DNA of 64,000 nt from a virus. The translations under genes and the position numbers were made by a program. Positions 8,426 to 18,170 of the stretch are shown piece by piece. Every line of letters starts with the position of its first letter. The first letter of the stretch is position 1. Location: IMG/VR virus record IMGVR_UViG_3300020442_002661, positions 1 through 64,000 of that record; one strand, given 5' to 3'. The notes under the pieces are model-generated. The model did no database searches. It saw nothing but the letters and a program-made list of their open reading frames with translations, and was not told the DNA's origin.

Positions 8426-9114
8426 AAAATACTTTCCTTTGCAACATCTTTAACAAGTTGCACATCATTAGGCAGTCTCTTAAAACGCAATGCCCAATGT
8501 TCTGGGTTAATAACATGATAAACCATTTCTAGTTGTTCATCATTAAATTTACTTAGCATCTCCTTGCCTGTCTTACAATTCAACACGAGCCAAGGACTTA
8601 TCTTGCCATCTTTAATATGCCACACTGCCCTATTCAAACTTACGTAATTAAAGTAATGATTCCATGCCGCAGGTTCATTTTCTTCTGCCCATTCCATCAT
8701 TGTTTGTACACTACGTTCTAATGCAGTTGTAACATCTTCTTTCAATATAAAGTTAAGTACGTACTTTTCATACAGTTCATCTTTACACCAATGATCAAGT
8801 TTTACTCCGCTTGTTACGACATAATCAATATAACGCTCAGGATATAGAGGGCGCACATTATTGATAAACGAACCAAACTTGACGAAAGCATTGTAGTACT
8901 GCGAGTTACAAAAGTCTTCATATGTTTTTTCTTTCTTAGCACCTGCACTTAATTTATAAAAACGTTGGAATGCATAGTGTCCAAAACGTACACGTTTCTC
9001 ATCTTTTTGTAAGTGTCTACGTTTCTTTTCACACATATGCGCCAAGAGTGTTTTTTCTCTTGTATAACCTTTATTACAATATTCGCAAACGAATGGTTTA
9101 TCTTCCGACGGCAT
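8422..9114 (-). CDS. hypothetical protein with N-terminal C2H2/C2HC zinc finger; start moved to ATG 9114
   Basis: FVCEYCNKGYTREKTLLAHMC. Confidence 0.7.
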   Translation of the reverse strand: MPSEDKPFVCEYCNKGYTREKTLLAHMCEKKRRHLQKDEKRVRFGHYAFQRFYKLSAGAKKEKTYEDFCNSQYYNAFVKFGSFINNVRPLYPERYIDYVVTSGVKLDHWCKDELYEKYVLNFILKEDVTTALERSVQTMMEWAEENEPAAWNHYFNYVSLNRAVWHIKDGKISPWLVLNCKTGKEMLSKFNDEQLEMVYHVINPEHWALRFKRLPNDVQLVKDVAKESIL

Positions 9115-9784
9115 GGGTGCGTAAGTATCCTTTCTCTTGCATTTTAAGGTTAATGTATCTCCAGTCACTAATATCATCTAATTCTTTCTCTACATCTTTT
9201 ACATATTGTAACATCTTTTGTGTAATTGTAAAGCCCGAAGATTCCAAATACTTCAAATGATGTGCAGGTGTCCAATGATGATCTTCATCTTTTAGCATTT
9301 GATTCGGACGTACTTTAATAAATCTACGCTTAGGGATATCAAATGTATCCATTATATTAAGTGGCTGTAAGTTACCAGGCTTGTAATCAGGAGCAATAAG
9401 TTCATAATCAACAGACTTACTTTCAAAATAATTTTTTATAAGTTTGATATAGTTTTCAGTTTGCCATGTATAACTATCTTCATCAAATGCATATCTTGTA
9501 ATAGTTTGCTGTACCTGGTCATTTAGATTTGCTAAATTTCCTCCTTGATACCAACCATCACCTTTACGATGGAAATCAAATCTAGACGGATACGTCCATT
9601 GCACAATAACCTTATCGCCTTGTTTGTATTGATCAGCTATTTCAACACATCTATGGAATATAGCAAAGTTACCTATACCACTGGATCCCCAATTTTCATA
9701 TTCATCATATTCTTGGCTTAAGATGTCTGCCCAAGTAGGCCAAACATACCATGTATGCGAACATCCTATTACACTTAGTTTCAT
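9098..9784 (-). CDS. SGNH-like hydrolase/acyltransferase-fold protein; paralog of 61793..62659
   Basis: GCSHT..WPTWADIL, ENWGSSGIGN, VQWT, C-terminal DHHWT. Confidence 0.5.
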   Translation of the reverse strand: MKLSVIGCSHTWYVWPTWADILSQEYDEYENWGSSGIGNFAIFHRCVEIADQYKQGDKVIVQWTYPSRFDFHRKGDGWYQGGNLANLNDQVQQTITRYAFDEDSYTWQTENYIKLIKNYFESKSVDYELIAPDYKPGNLQPLNIMDTFDIPKRRFIKVRPNQMLKDEDHHWTPAHHLKYLESSGFTITQKMLQYVKDVEKELDDISDWRYINLKMQEKGYLRTHAVGR

Positions 9785-10236
9785 ATCTTTATTTCTATGT
9801 TATATTCTTCTGCTACTTGTTTTAATTCTTTTTTAGAATACATACTTGCTAACATTTCAACTTCATTCTGTTTCATGTTAGGAAAAATTTGTTGAAATAA
9901 TTTTATACCCGCGACACTACCATCTGTATTTTTCTTTTTGAATCCTATCCAAGGATGATATTCAATTTTACCTGTGTTGCCTGATTGACACAAAAGTTGC
10001 CACTGTAGTTTTGGATGCTTGCTGACTTCCATGTAATTTTTATTATAGTACTCATTTGTTTTGAATATTGCAAGCTCTTGTTTTTCTCTATTGCCGCTTA
10101 CACTGCTTACATATCTATTCAGCAACCAAAAGCTGACTTGCTTGCGTTCATCATCTGAAAGTTCGTCCCATACATTTGCCGCACCCATATCAATTGCGGC
10201 TAGTATATCTTTTATTGGCAGTTTTTGCTGTGCCAT
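9781..10236 (-). CDS. probable clamp-loader small subunit (gp62-like)
   Basis: FWLLNRYVS...NEYYN...LQWQLL...PWIGFKK pattern and size. Confidence 0.55.
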   Translation of the reverse strand: MAQQKLPIKDILAAIDMGAANVWDELSDDERKQVSFWLLNRYVSSVSGNREKQELAIFKTNEYYNKNYMEVSKHPKLQWQLLCQSGNTGKIEYHPWIGFKKKNTDGSVAGIKLFQQIFPNMKQNEVEMLASMYSKKELKQVAEEYNIEIKI

Positions 10237-10895
10237 TTGTCTACATCCTCTGGTGCGTTTATTTCTATACCATTAAAGTATACACTCGAACAGCCCATTT
10301 GCCAACCATTTTTTAACCAACGCAGTTGTTCTAATTTTTCAACTTGTTCTTCTTGTTCTACTTCATATGTATGATAAAATTCAAGAGGATTACGTTTGTA
10401 TCCATAAACACCTAAGTGCCACTCACCATATCCTGTCATGCCTCTTCCAAACCATAGAGCTTGATCACCTGCACGTACCATCTTTACACTATTAGGATCG
10501 TTTTGCATCTCTGCTGGCATCTCAGTATACACAGTGCTTAGTGGATAATGTTTAAGCCATTCAAATGCTCTTTCAATCATTTGCTTAGTTACATCTGGCA
10601 TATCACCTTGCACATTTACAATACGTTTATAGTCTGCTAATACACTAAACTTATTAATTGCACCAGCACATCTTTCAGTGCCGTTGTCATATTCTTCATG
10701 ATCCAAAATACAGTTAGGACCTATTAGATTATAAATGCGTTGGTCATCTGTAAGTACAAAAGTATCTATGCCTGTTGATTTACAAGTATCGTATACTCGT
10801 TTAATCATAGGCACTCCATCTAATTCAATAAGTGGCTTACCTGGAAAACGTGTGCTACCGTATCTAGCCGGTATAAGAATAACGGACGATGTCAT
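10212..10895 (-). CDS. kdsB: CMP-Kdo synthetase
   Basis: IPARYGSTRFPGKPL, NGTER, VNVQGD, HLGVYGY, EKLEQLRWL. Confidence 0.95.
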   Translation of the reverse strand: MTSSVILIPARYGSTRFPGKPLIELDGVPMIKRVYDTCKSTGIDTFVLTDDQRIYNLIGPNCILDHEEYDNGTERCAGAINKFSVLADYKRIVNVQGDMPDVTKQMIERAFEWLKHYPLSTVYTEMPAEMQNDPNSVKMVRAGDQALWFGRGMTGYGEWHLGVYGYKRNPLEFYHTYEVEQEEQVEKLEQLRWLKNGWQMGCSSVYFNGIEINAPEDVDKWHSKNCQ

Positions 10896-11637
10896 CTACT
10901 AACTCCTCAAATTTATCTAGTGGAACCATGTTAGGTCCATCACTTGGTGCATTATCGGGATCAGCATGAGTTTCTAAGAAGAAGTTTTTGATTCCGAGCG
11001 CCGCTCCGGCTCGTGCCAATCCTGCCACGTAAGCTCGGTTGCCACCAGATGATCCACCCAGACCACCAGGTTTCTGAACGCTGTGTGTAACGTCAAAAAC
11101 AATATCGGCATCAATATTATTAAGCATATAATCAAGTCCTGTAAAGTCAGTGACCAAAGTGTTGTATCCAAAACTTGTTCCTCTCTCTGTGATCCAAACT
11201 TCTGTTGCATCAGTTGTTTTGCTAAGGATGCCTTCAACATCCCATGGCGCTAAGAACTGTCCTTTTTTAATGTTTACAATTTTTCCTGTCTTGCTTGCGG
11301 CTTTAATTAAATCTGTTTGTCTACATAAGAACGCAGGAATTTGTAAAACATCAACTGCACCATCATAGTAAGCCGCTATTTTTAAAATTTCATTTTGATT
11401 GTGTACATCTGTGAGTGTCTTTACATTGAATTCATCTTTAATAATGATAAAGTCTTCCATTGTAGCAGGTAGCCCAACACCTCTTTTGCCGCCAGCTGAC
11501 GTCCTATTTGCTTTATCATAACTTGCTTTAAAATAATATTCAATACCGTGTTTGTCACACACCCTTTTACATTCTTTTGCAATCTCTGAACTTTGTGCTA
11601 AAGTTTCATGTTGACATGGCCCTGCAATAATTCTCAT
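10864..11637 (-). CDS. kdsA: Kdo-8-phosphate synthase (Cys-containing, metal-dependent type)
   Basis: IAGPC, KASYDKANRTS, QIPAFLCRQTDL, KKGQFLAP, ERGTSFGY, DVTHSVQ, SDGPN. Confidence 0.97.
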   Translation of the reverse strand: MRIIAGPCQHETLAQSSEIAKECKRVCDKHGIEYYFKASYDKANRTSAGGKRGVGLPATMEDFIIIKDEFNVKTLTDVHNQNEILKIAAYYDGAVDVLQIPAFLCRQTDLIKAASKTGKIVNIKKGQFLAPWDVEGILSKTTDATEVWITERGTSFGYNTLVTDFTGLDYMLNNIDADIVFDVTHSVQKPGGLGGSSGGNRAYVAGLARAGAALGIKNFFLETHADPDNAPSDGPNMVPLDKFEELVDDIVRYSYTG

Positions 11638-11891
11638 TTGTTTTCCTTGATTAAGTAATACGTAGTTACTAATTTATTCATTAATTTTCTTAATGTTTCA
11701 TTTGTTTGTGTTGCTTCGCACAAGTCCATCCATTCGCTATAGTCTAAAAGTTTGCCCTGTGCTCTTGCTACCGCCCCCGGATCCCCGCCTACTATCCAGC
11801 GGGGTATCTCGGGTTTGTTAGCGTAACGAGCGTAAACCACTCCATCGGCACGCTCGTAAATTAAAGTTTCGTTGGGTTCTAAAGTTCCCAT
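11634..11891 (-). CDS. hypothetical protein
   Basis: 85-aa ORF abutting both neighbours; LIYERADGVVYAR. Confidence 0.7.
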   Translation of the reverse strand: MGTLEPNETLIYERADGVVYARYANKPEIPRWIVGGDPGAVARAQGKLLDYSEWMDLCEATQTNETLRKLMNKLVTTYYLIKENK

Positions 11892-13184
11892 CTACACCGC
11901 AATAAAGTAAATTACACTAATTGCGGCAATAGCAATACTGCCTGCATTAAGTTCTGCATGTTTACCACTTAAACCTTTAATTACTGCATACGCAATAAAA
12001 CCAATTGCAATACCGTGTGCAATACTAAAAGTCAATGGCATTAATACAGCCGCTAATACTGCTGGAGCATATTCTGTCACATCATCCCAAGCAATGTCAG
12101 CGATGTTGCGTAAGAAATATGTAGCAATAAAGATTAATGCTGGTGCAGTTGCGAATGCAGGAATACTTTGTGCAAGCGGAGCAAAGAATAAACATGCACC
12201 AAACAAGATAGCTACAACTACTGCTGTGAGTCCTGTTTTACCGCCTTCTTTAATACCTGCACCACTTTCAATATATGATGTAGTATTTGAAGTACCTACC
12301 AATGCACCTGCTGTTGTTGCGACTGAGTCTGCTAACAACGCACGATCGATTTGCTCAACTTCTCCTTTTTTGTTAACCTTTCCTGTCAAGTTTGCTACAC
12401 TTGTAAGTGTACCTGCTGTGTCAAAAAAGTCAACAAACAAGAATGCAAATGCAGTACCAATGAAGCCTGCTGTTGCAATCAAACTAAAGTCCATACTAAA
12501 CGCATGTTCTGGACTTGGAATAGCACCTGCTAAGCCATTTAGGTCTGAAATACCTGTTACCCAAGCAATCGCAGACACTGCAAGGATACCAAGGATAATT
12601 GCACCTGGTACTTTACGCTTGTCTAAGATAGCCATGATAATGAATCCTAAACCTGTAAGTAATACTGGCCAACTAGTTACATCACCTAAACCTACAAGTG
12701 TTGCTGGATTGTCTACAACTACACCTGCATTCTTGAGACCAATAATAGCAAGGAATAAGCCAATACCTGCGCCTACACCTAACTTCATTGACTTAGGAAT
12801 ACTGTTGATAATATACTTACGTGCTGGAGTGATACTTAATCCAATAAACACAAGTCCTGCAACAAATACAGCCGCTAATGCTTGTTGATAAGTATAACCC
12901 ATTCCGAAGATAACACCAAATGTAAAGAACGCATTTAGTCCCATACCTGGTGCTAGTGCTACTGGCCAATTAGCCCAGAAGCCCATGATCAGTGTACCAA
13001 TAACTGCGGCAATGATCGTTGCTGTAAAAACAGCGCCAAAGCCCATGCCTGATCCTTCTGTTGAAAGGATAGCTGGGTTGACAACAGTAATGTAAGCCAT
13101 TGTAAGAAATGTAGCAATACCTGCCATTACTTCTGTTTTTACGGATGTACCGGCTTTAGATAAGCCGAAAAGTTTGTCTAACAT
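11892..13184 (-). CDS. NCS2/AzgA-family purine (guanine/hypoxanthine/adenine) permease
   Basis: TEVMAGIATFLTMAYI.VNP.IL, APGMGLNAFF, FVDFFDTAGT, TSYIESGAG..GGKTGLT; many TM segments. Confidence 0.93.
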   Translation of the reverse strand: MLDKLFGLSKAGTSVKTEVMAGIATFLTMAYITVVNPAILSTEGSGMGFGAVFTATIIAAVIGTLIMGFWANWPVALAPGMGLNAFFTFGVIFGMGYTYQQALAAVFVAGLVFIGLSITPARKYIINSIPKSMKLGVGAGIGLFLAIIGLKNAGVVVDNPATLVGLGDVTSWPVLLTGLGFIIMAILDKRKVPGAIILGILAVSAIAWVTGISDLNGLAGAIPSPEHAFSMDFSLIATAGFIGTAFAFLFVDFFDTAGTLTSVANLTGKVNKKGEVEQIDRALLADSVATTAGALVGTSNTTSYIESGAGIKEGGKTGLTAVVVAILFGACLFFAPLAQSIPAFATAPALIFIATYFLRNIADIAWDDVTEYAPAVLAAVLMPLTFSIAHGIAIGFIAYAVIKGLSGKHAELNAGSIAIAAISVIYFIAV

Positions 13185-13199
13185 ATTAACTCTCTCCGT

Positions 13200-13766
13200 T
13201 TATGTTGAACGATGTTTCTCAATTGCAACATCGTATTTTCCCTTCTTGTTGACATTTTCATGTACAATGTCACCAGTGAAGTGCTCATTGACTTTTTCTT
13301 TCCACCATTCAGGTTTCTGTAAAATTAAATGAGCATTTCTGCCGTCGGGCAGAATCTTTTTTGCTGGCACAGTATCTATACGTAGCCAGATATATTTCTC
13401 TGCAAGTTGATTTAAGTGTGTCATAACTTGATCTAAATAAGCTGGTTCAACATGTTCTAATACATCGTTACAACATACCATCTCATATGTTCTTGTTAAA
13501 TCAGGAGTCATAAACTTTCTTACGCCTGGGTCATAACCAACAACTTCAGGCACCTTATAATCTTCTTGAAACATTTTTACCATGGCTCCTTTGCCACAGC
13601 CAAAATCTAGTATGCTATCAGGAGCCCATTCAAACATAAAACTATCTAATGCTCCTGCTTCTTTTAGAGTACCTCCCCATCCGTGTTTTGTGACTGAATG
13701 GAAATGATACAAAGTTCTTTTGTAATCTGCAGAGCAGTGTACAGGAACTTTTACTTTTTTTGCCAT
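13200..13766 (-). CDS. class I SAM-dependent methyltransferase
   Basis: ILDFGCGKG, GYDPG, CNDVLEHV, NAHL...WW. Confidence 0.85.
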   Translation of the reverse strand: MAKKVKVPVHCSADYKRTLYHFHSVTKHGWGGTLKEAGALDSFMFEWAPDSILDFGCGKGAMVKMFQEDYKVPEVVGYDPGVRKFMTPDLTRTYEMVCCNDVLEHVEPAYLDQVMTHLNQLAEKYIWLRIDTVPAKKILPDGRNAHLILQKPEWWKEKVNEHFTGDIVHENVNKKGKYDVAIEKHRST

Positions 13767-13771
13767 ACTAA

Positions 13772-14461
13772 TTACTTTCCACAAGCAAATTCTTGTTGTA
13801 GTTTAATATTGTCCATGAACTCTTTTTTAGTTCCTGGGTCTTCTCCAAATGCTCCACGCAGTACAGTTGTTTGTGTTAAACTACTGTGAGCACCAATACC
13901 TCTGTTTTCACAACAACCATGTGTTGCTTGTAAGTAAACACCTACGTTAGAACTGCCAGTTGCTTTTTGGATTTCGTTTGCGATAACATTATTTAATTCT
14001 TCTTGTAATGTACCACGTCTAGCACACCATTGTGCAATGCGTGTATATTTAGACAAACCAATTAATCTTTCAGCGGCAATAATACCAATATATGCTACAC
14101 CATTAACTGGTTGATGATGATGAGAACACATACTTTTTATTTCACTACGCACAACTAACATTCCTTTGTATCCATCATCTACATGATTAGGAAATGCAGT
14201 TGCATTTGGCATAGGATCATATCTGCCACTCATTATTTCGTTGAAATACATTTTTGCCAAGCGTCTGCCTGTATCCATACTGTTTGGATCTGTTTTTCTA
14301 TCAATAACTAATGAATCTAAAACTTCTTCAAATTTCTTTGTTGCTTCTTCAATTAGTTCTTCTTTGTCGCCTTTTTGCAAGACTTCACTAATGTTATCTC
14401 CAGCCCAATACCTAATACCAGCATCTTCTAGCCTTGTGATTATTTGTTTACTTTTTGTCAT
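13772..14461 (-). CDS. folE: GTP cyclohydrolase I
   Basis: SMCSHHHQP, IGLSKYTRI, LQEEL, ATHGCCENRG. Confidence 0.93.
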   Translation of the reverse strand: MTKSKQIITRLEDAGIRYWAGDNISEVLQKGDKEELIEEATKKFEEVLDSLVIDRKTDPNSMDTGRRLAKMYFNEIMSGRYDPMPNATAFPNHVDDGYKGMLVVRSEIKSMCSHHHQPVNGVAYIGIIAAERLIGLSKYTRIAQWCARRGTLQEELNNVIANEIQKATGSSNVGVYLQATHGCCENRGIGAHSSLTQTTVLRGAFGEDPGTKKEFMDNIKLQQEFACGK

Positions 14462-14529
14462 ATACTTTCTCCGAGTTATAGACGTGGATGTCTATTCTTT
14501 ATATTACAATATATTTAGGTTATTGTCAA
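14462..14529 (-). promoter_or_regulatory. folE promoter and structured ~35-nt leader (candidate cis-regulatory RNA)
   Basis: TTGACA-N17-TAATAT, then hairpin ATAGAC-ATCCAC-GTCTAT followed by AACTCGGAG (SD). Confidence 0.6.
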
Positions 14530-14885
14530 CCTGTTTTTGTTCCAACTGTGCGTCTAACAATGTCATCATGGTTAAATTCTGCCCAATATAGTTCAAACGC
14601 TACACCATCTTCAATACCTTCGAACTGATGGATCTTGCCTGGCTTAACTTGCATGAAGTCACCTGCTTCAAGAATAGTTTCATCAACTAATCCATCTTGA
14701 TCTCCATCTTGCCAAACACGAACAAGCATTTTTCCTGACTCAACAAAGAAGCCATTCCATTTGTAACGGTGCTCGTGTTCTGAACACTTATAGCCTCCTT
14801 TGAATTCAATACGATGAAACTCTAGCACACCGTTAGCGTGGATAAGTTCAGTTTGTCCCCAAATCTTTCCTGCTTTCATTCCCAT
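14526..14885 (-). CDS. cupin-fold protein (sugar isomerase-like)
   Basis: KIWG, CSEHEH..KWNGFFVESG, VKPGKIHQF. Confidence 0.75.
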   Translation of the reverse strand: MGMKAGKIWGQTELIHANGVLEFHRIEFKGGYKCSEHEHRYKWNGFFVESGKMLVRVWQDGDQDGLVDETILEAGDFMQVKPGKIHQFEGIEDGVAFELYWAEFNHDDIVRRTVGTKTG

Positions 14886-14897
14886 TTTCCTTTCTCC

Positions 14898-15404
14898 TTA
14901 TAATAGGGCACCGTAGTCAATCAATTCGTTTTGTCTACTGATGTCTTTTACAAAATATGCACACAATGGATCATCTCCTTCTTGCACAGGTACACTTAGT
15001 AACTGTCCGTTTTTCATTTTAGGAAAATACCATTTGACATCATTGTAAAAATTTGTTATTTTAATTTCTCCGAACTTAACAGTGTAACTTGTTAATGGAT
15101 TGAATAAGAATGCTTCAAAACCTCTATCGTTTAAACTAGTTAGCGGAAGTACTTCTAAATCGTTTCCACTGTGGCTGTCTCCAACTGCAATGCACCAATC
15201 AATAGGCATTGTTATTTCTTTACCATTTATTTCTAACACCATTGCTGGTGCACTAAATGATTCTAAAAATATTAAAGGCATAAAAAAGAAATCAGGATTT
15301 TTTGAATCTGAATTATCTAATACTGCAAATCTAACATCTTCTTCAATTTGTTCGGGTAAATTATTTAGACTAAAACATTTATTTTCTAATGTTAATATTC
15401 TCAT
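14898..15404 (-). CDS. hypothetical beta-rich protein downstream of UvsW
   Basis: ORF MRILTLENK..., ATGA overlap with the uvsW stop. Confidence 0.7.
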   Translation of the reverse strand: MRILTLENKCFSLNNLPEQIEEDVRFAVLDNSDSKNPDFFFMPLIFLESFSAPAMVLEINGKEITMPIDWCIAVGDSHSGNDLEVLPLTSLNDRGFEAFLFNPLTSYTVKFGEIKITNFYNDVKWYFPKMKNGQLLSVPVQEGDDPLCAYFVKDISRQNELIDYGALL

Positions 15405-16864
15405 TGCCAATCTACCTTTTCTATTGTAAAGGGATATTGAGCTTCCTTATAAAACTTTTTACGTTGGGTAAGGTGCCGCTTCGCAAACTTACATGTGCTT
15501 GTAAGATCCCATATTTGTACGAAGTCTTTGTCCTTTGCCTTTCTAACGCCTCTACCTATACTTTGTATAACCCTTACAAAAGACTTGCCAGGCTCAATAA
15601 GGACGAGATTAAAAATGCGAGGAATATTAATTCCCACCGCCGCAACACCATAGGTTGCGATAACCACATGGTTAGTTCCTTCGTTAATTTCATCGTATGC
15701 TTCCTTTCTGTCTTTCAATTTTACATCGCCTTTTACGAATGTCGATCCAGGAATAAGTTCTTGTAACATTTCTCCTGCACTTATTCTGTCTACAAGTATT
15801 AATGTGTTGCCTGATGATTTTACATTGTTTAATAATTTGCCTAAGTATTCAACTCTATCTTTATTTGTAACTAGATATTTTAATTCTGATTGATAATCCC
15901 TGTGTACTTGCGTGTCAACAAGTTGTACTATGTTAACATGACATTGTGATAGCACACCTTTATCTTGTAATTCTTTTGCACTGATTTGTCCAATGACAGG
16001 CCCTAAACTTGCATGTATACTTTCAAATTCAAAACGTTCTTTTGGTATTGTTCCAGTCAGTCCCCAACGTATTGGTGCATTGCGCAAATTACGTGTCAGT
16101 AAATTTTTTAGTACTTCTGCTTTTGCTTGATGCACTTCGTCAATAATAATACAACTTACGCCATCTAAAAATTCAGCAAGGCTTAGTACTGCTTCACCAT
16201 CTTTAAATTTTTTATCTAGTATGTTTAAAGATTGCCATGTGCAAATAGTATGTGTCTTTCCTAATTCTTTTCTGTCTCCAAAATATACACCTACATCTAA
16301 ACCACAATTAATATAGTCTTCTTCAGTTTGTGTAACAAGCGATTTATTTGGAACAATTACTATACTTCTTCCGTGCTGTTCTGCTATATGACTTAGTGTT
16401 GCAGTTGTAATTGTTTTACCTGCACCTGTTGCAATCTCTTGCAAGCTCTGTGGGTTTTGTAGAAAGTTGTTAATAGCCTCCACTTGATAGTCACGCAGAA
16501 TGATTTCTTCACCTTCAGCAGGATGTCCTTTAGGCCAATGTACACCCTGGTCTGCCCAATAGCGTTCGTCAATAGGTTGGAAATCTATTTTTATTGGATG
16601 TCTTTTATCTTCGATGTCAACAATTTCAACACCTTGTTTGTGCAGTATGTCAGTAATTGTATCAAGATGATTGACATAACCACTACCACCGATACCAAAA
16701 AAAGCAACTTTACCATCCCAGCGTCCAAGTTTATATTGTGGCATGTATCGTGCATAAGGCACTTCAAACTTAAGAGCGTTCGAGAGCTTTCTACGTACAT
16801 CGACTTCTAGTCCTTCTAGTTTGATATTTACTTCGTCTTCAATTACTAATTTACATGTTGCCAT
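15401..16864 (-). CDS. uvsW: SF2 DNA helicase (UvsW-like)
   Basis: WDGK, LRDYQ, ATGAGKT, DEVH, GLTGT, VGINIP, QSIGRGVRK. Confidence 0.9.
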   Translation of the reverse strand: MATCKLVIEDEVNIKLEGLEVDVRRKLSNALKFEVPYARYMPQYKLGRWDGKVAFFGIGGSGYVNHLDTITDILHKQGVEIVDIEDKRHPIKIDFQPIDERYWADQGVHWPKGHPAEGEEIILRDYQVEAINNFLQNPQSLQEIATGAGKTITTATLSHIAEQHGRSIVIVPNKSLVTQTEEDYINCGLDVGVYFGDRKELGKTHTICTWQSLNILDKKFKDGEAVLSLAEFLDGVSCIIIDEVHQAKAEVLKNLLTRNLRNAPIRWGLTGTIPKERFEFESIHASLGPVIGQISAKELQDKGVLSQCHVNIVQLVDTQVHRDYQSELKYLVTNKDRVEYLGKLLNNVKSSGNTLILVDRISAGEMLQELIPGSTFVKGDVKLKDRKEAYDEINEGTNHVVIATYGVAAVGINIPRIFNLVLIEPGKSFVRVIQSIGRGVRKAKDKDFVQIWDLTSTCKFAKRHLTQRKKFYKEAQYPFTIEKVDWQ

Positions 16865-18135
16865 TATAGCTCTTCTGCCATTCTTTTATTCCTTTCAAGA
16901 CCATATTTGCTGTGTGGACTTTGTACTTCATCATAATGTATTGCTAGATCAACGTCTAAATGTTGTCTAGCAAATACATAACCTCCAAAGTATAACGTAC
17001 ACTTGAACTCTAATCCTGATTCAAGCAATGGCTTGGGAATTTTCTTATTTTCATTAATATACACTATTTTTGGATTATTTGCAAGAGAATTATTTAAATT
17101 ATTTTCTTTAATGTATTGATTAAACGTAAAATTTACTTTGTTGTCTAATCTAAACAATACAGTTTGTTGTTCAGTAGGAATAATATTTCGTGTAGTTTTA
17201 TATACACTGTCAATGATGTCTAGTGCATTTTTTTCAGTTACAACAACTGCTAAAGGAAATCTTTCTAGTTCACTAAGTGCATATGCAATATCATTTAGGC
17301 TATACTTTTTGTTGCTAATAAACACATTAGGATATTTTCTTTGTGCAATTTTACCTGCAAGCACTGATACTTTGTTAAGTTGTGGTCTAAGTTCTTGACC
17401 AAAATGATATAGTCCAAACATAATTGCTCTATCTCTATACAAAACAATGTTGTCTCGTGACAAAGGACCAATGTCATTTTCTAAGTACTTCAATGCATTT
17501 TCTGGCAAGTTTTTAACTTTGCCTTCGTAAATACCAGGCAAGTAATTTTCTGGAGTAATGCTCATTTCTTTGATTACTTTATGTGCGTCTAAAAGATCTT
17601 GCTCTATTTCAAACTCTTTGTTTTTGAAAAGATTTACAACTTCTAGTACACTGTTTTCTGTAAGTTTAAAATACCATTCATGGCTACCTCTTTCATGATA
17701 ATGTTCTTTTTGGAATTTAGGTAATAAAGTATCTTGTAAATCCATTATTGTTTTTTTACTAAATGGAAATCTAATTTTTATCCACGGGCATTCACTTTTT
17801 GTATTTTTAATTTGTTTGAGTAACCCTACAGGAAGATCTTCTAGTGTAGATACGACAGTTACAGTTTTTGATCTATCTATTTCACGCAATGGCATGCGTA
17901 AATTTTCTAAAGACTTATTCCAATCTTCCTCACTGATAAATTCTATTTTTGATCTGTAGTAGCCCAACTTATCTAACATTACATTCAATTGTCTATCTGT
18001 AAGTGCTTTACCACGTATGATTTGTCTGCCAATACTATATACAATAGTTTTGTCAACATCTTCTAATTCTACCTTCGGAGCCTCTACCATACCTGATAAG
18101 ACTTCGATAAGATCTTCTACATTTTCAACTTTCAT
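16864..18135 (-). CDS. hypothetical protein (423 aa)
   Basis: Long ORF with own promoter, ALTDRQ motif; function unknown. Confidence 0.75.
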   Translation of the reverse strand: MKVENVEDLIEVLSGMVEAPKVELEDVDKTIVYSIGRQIIRGKALTDRQLNVMLDKLGYYRSKIEFISEEDWNKSLENLRMPLREIDRSKTVTVVSTLEDLPVGLLKQIKNTKSECPWIKIRFPFSKKTIMDLQDTLLPKFQKEHYHERGSHEWYFKLTENSVLEVVNLFKNKEFEIEQDLLDAHKVIKEMSITPENYLPGIYEGKVKNLPENALKYLENDIGPLSRDNIVLYRDRAIMFGLYHFGQELRPQLNKVSVLAGKIAQRKYPNVFISNKKYSLNDIAYALSELERFPLAVVVTEKNALDIIDSVYKTTRNIIPTEQQTVLFRLDNKVNFTFNQYIKENNLNNSLANNPKIVYINENKKIPKPLLESGLEFKCTLYFGGYVFARQHLDVDLAIHYDEVQSPHSKYGLERNKRMAEEL

Positions 18136-18141
18136 GTGTAT

Positions 18142-18170
18142 AGTATAACTTATTTTAACTTAGAAGTCAA
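18142..18170 (-). promoter_or_regulatory. sigma70-like promoter
   Basis: TTGACT-N17-TATACT-N6-ATG (18135). Confidence 0.75.

Noticed and set aside
12094-12888. 264-aa plus-strand ORF and similar antisense ORFs over ssb, sheath and fibre genes
   Set aside because: They lie antisense to well-supported genes, lack motifs, and are expected from codon bias
10212-13184. Host chromosome contamination (kdsA, kdsB, permease)
   Set aside because: The genes abut or overlap phage-type ORFs, share strand and composition, and show the same GCWGC-avoiding Ala-Ala coding
13772-14461. 7-deazaguanine DNA modification system
   Set aside because: Only folE is present; no queD, queE, queC or dpdA recognised in this window, though they could lie elsewhere
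14898-15404. Possible stand-alone Hint (intein-like) domain after uvsW
   Set aside because: Beta-rich and of similar size, but no splice-junction motifs are recognisable; needs a structure search
17056-17084. Internal TTGCAA-N17-TATATT promoter upstream of uvsW
   Set aside because: Plausible, but such matches are frequent in AT-rich coding DNA, so it is not listed as a feature
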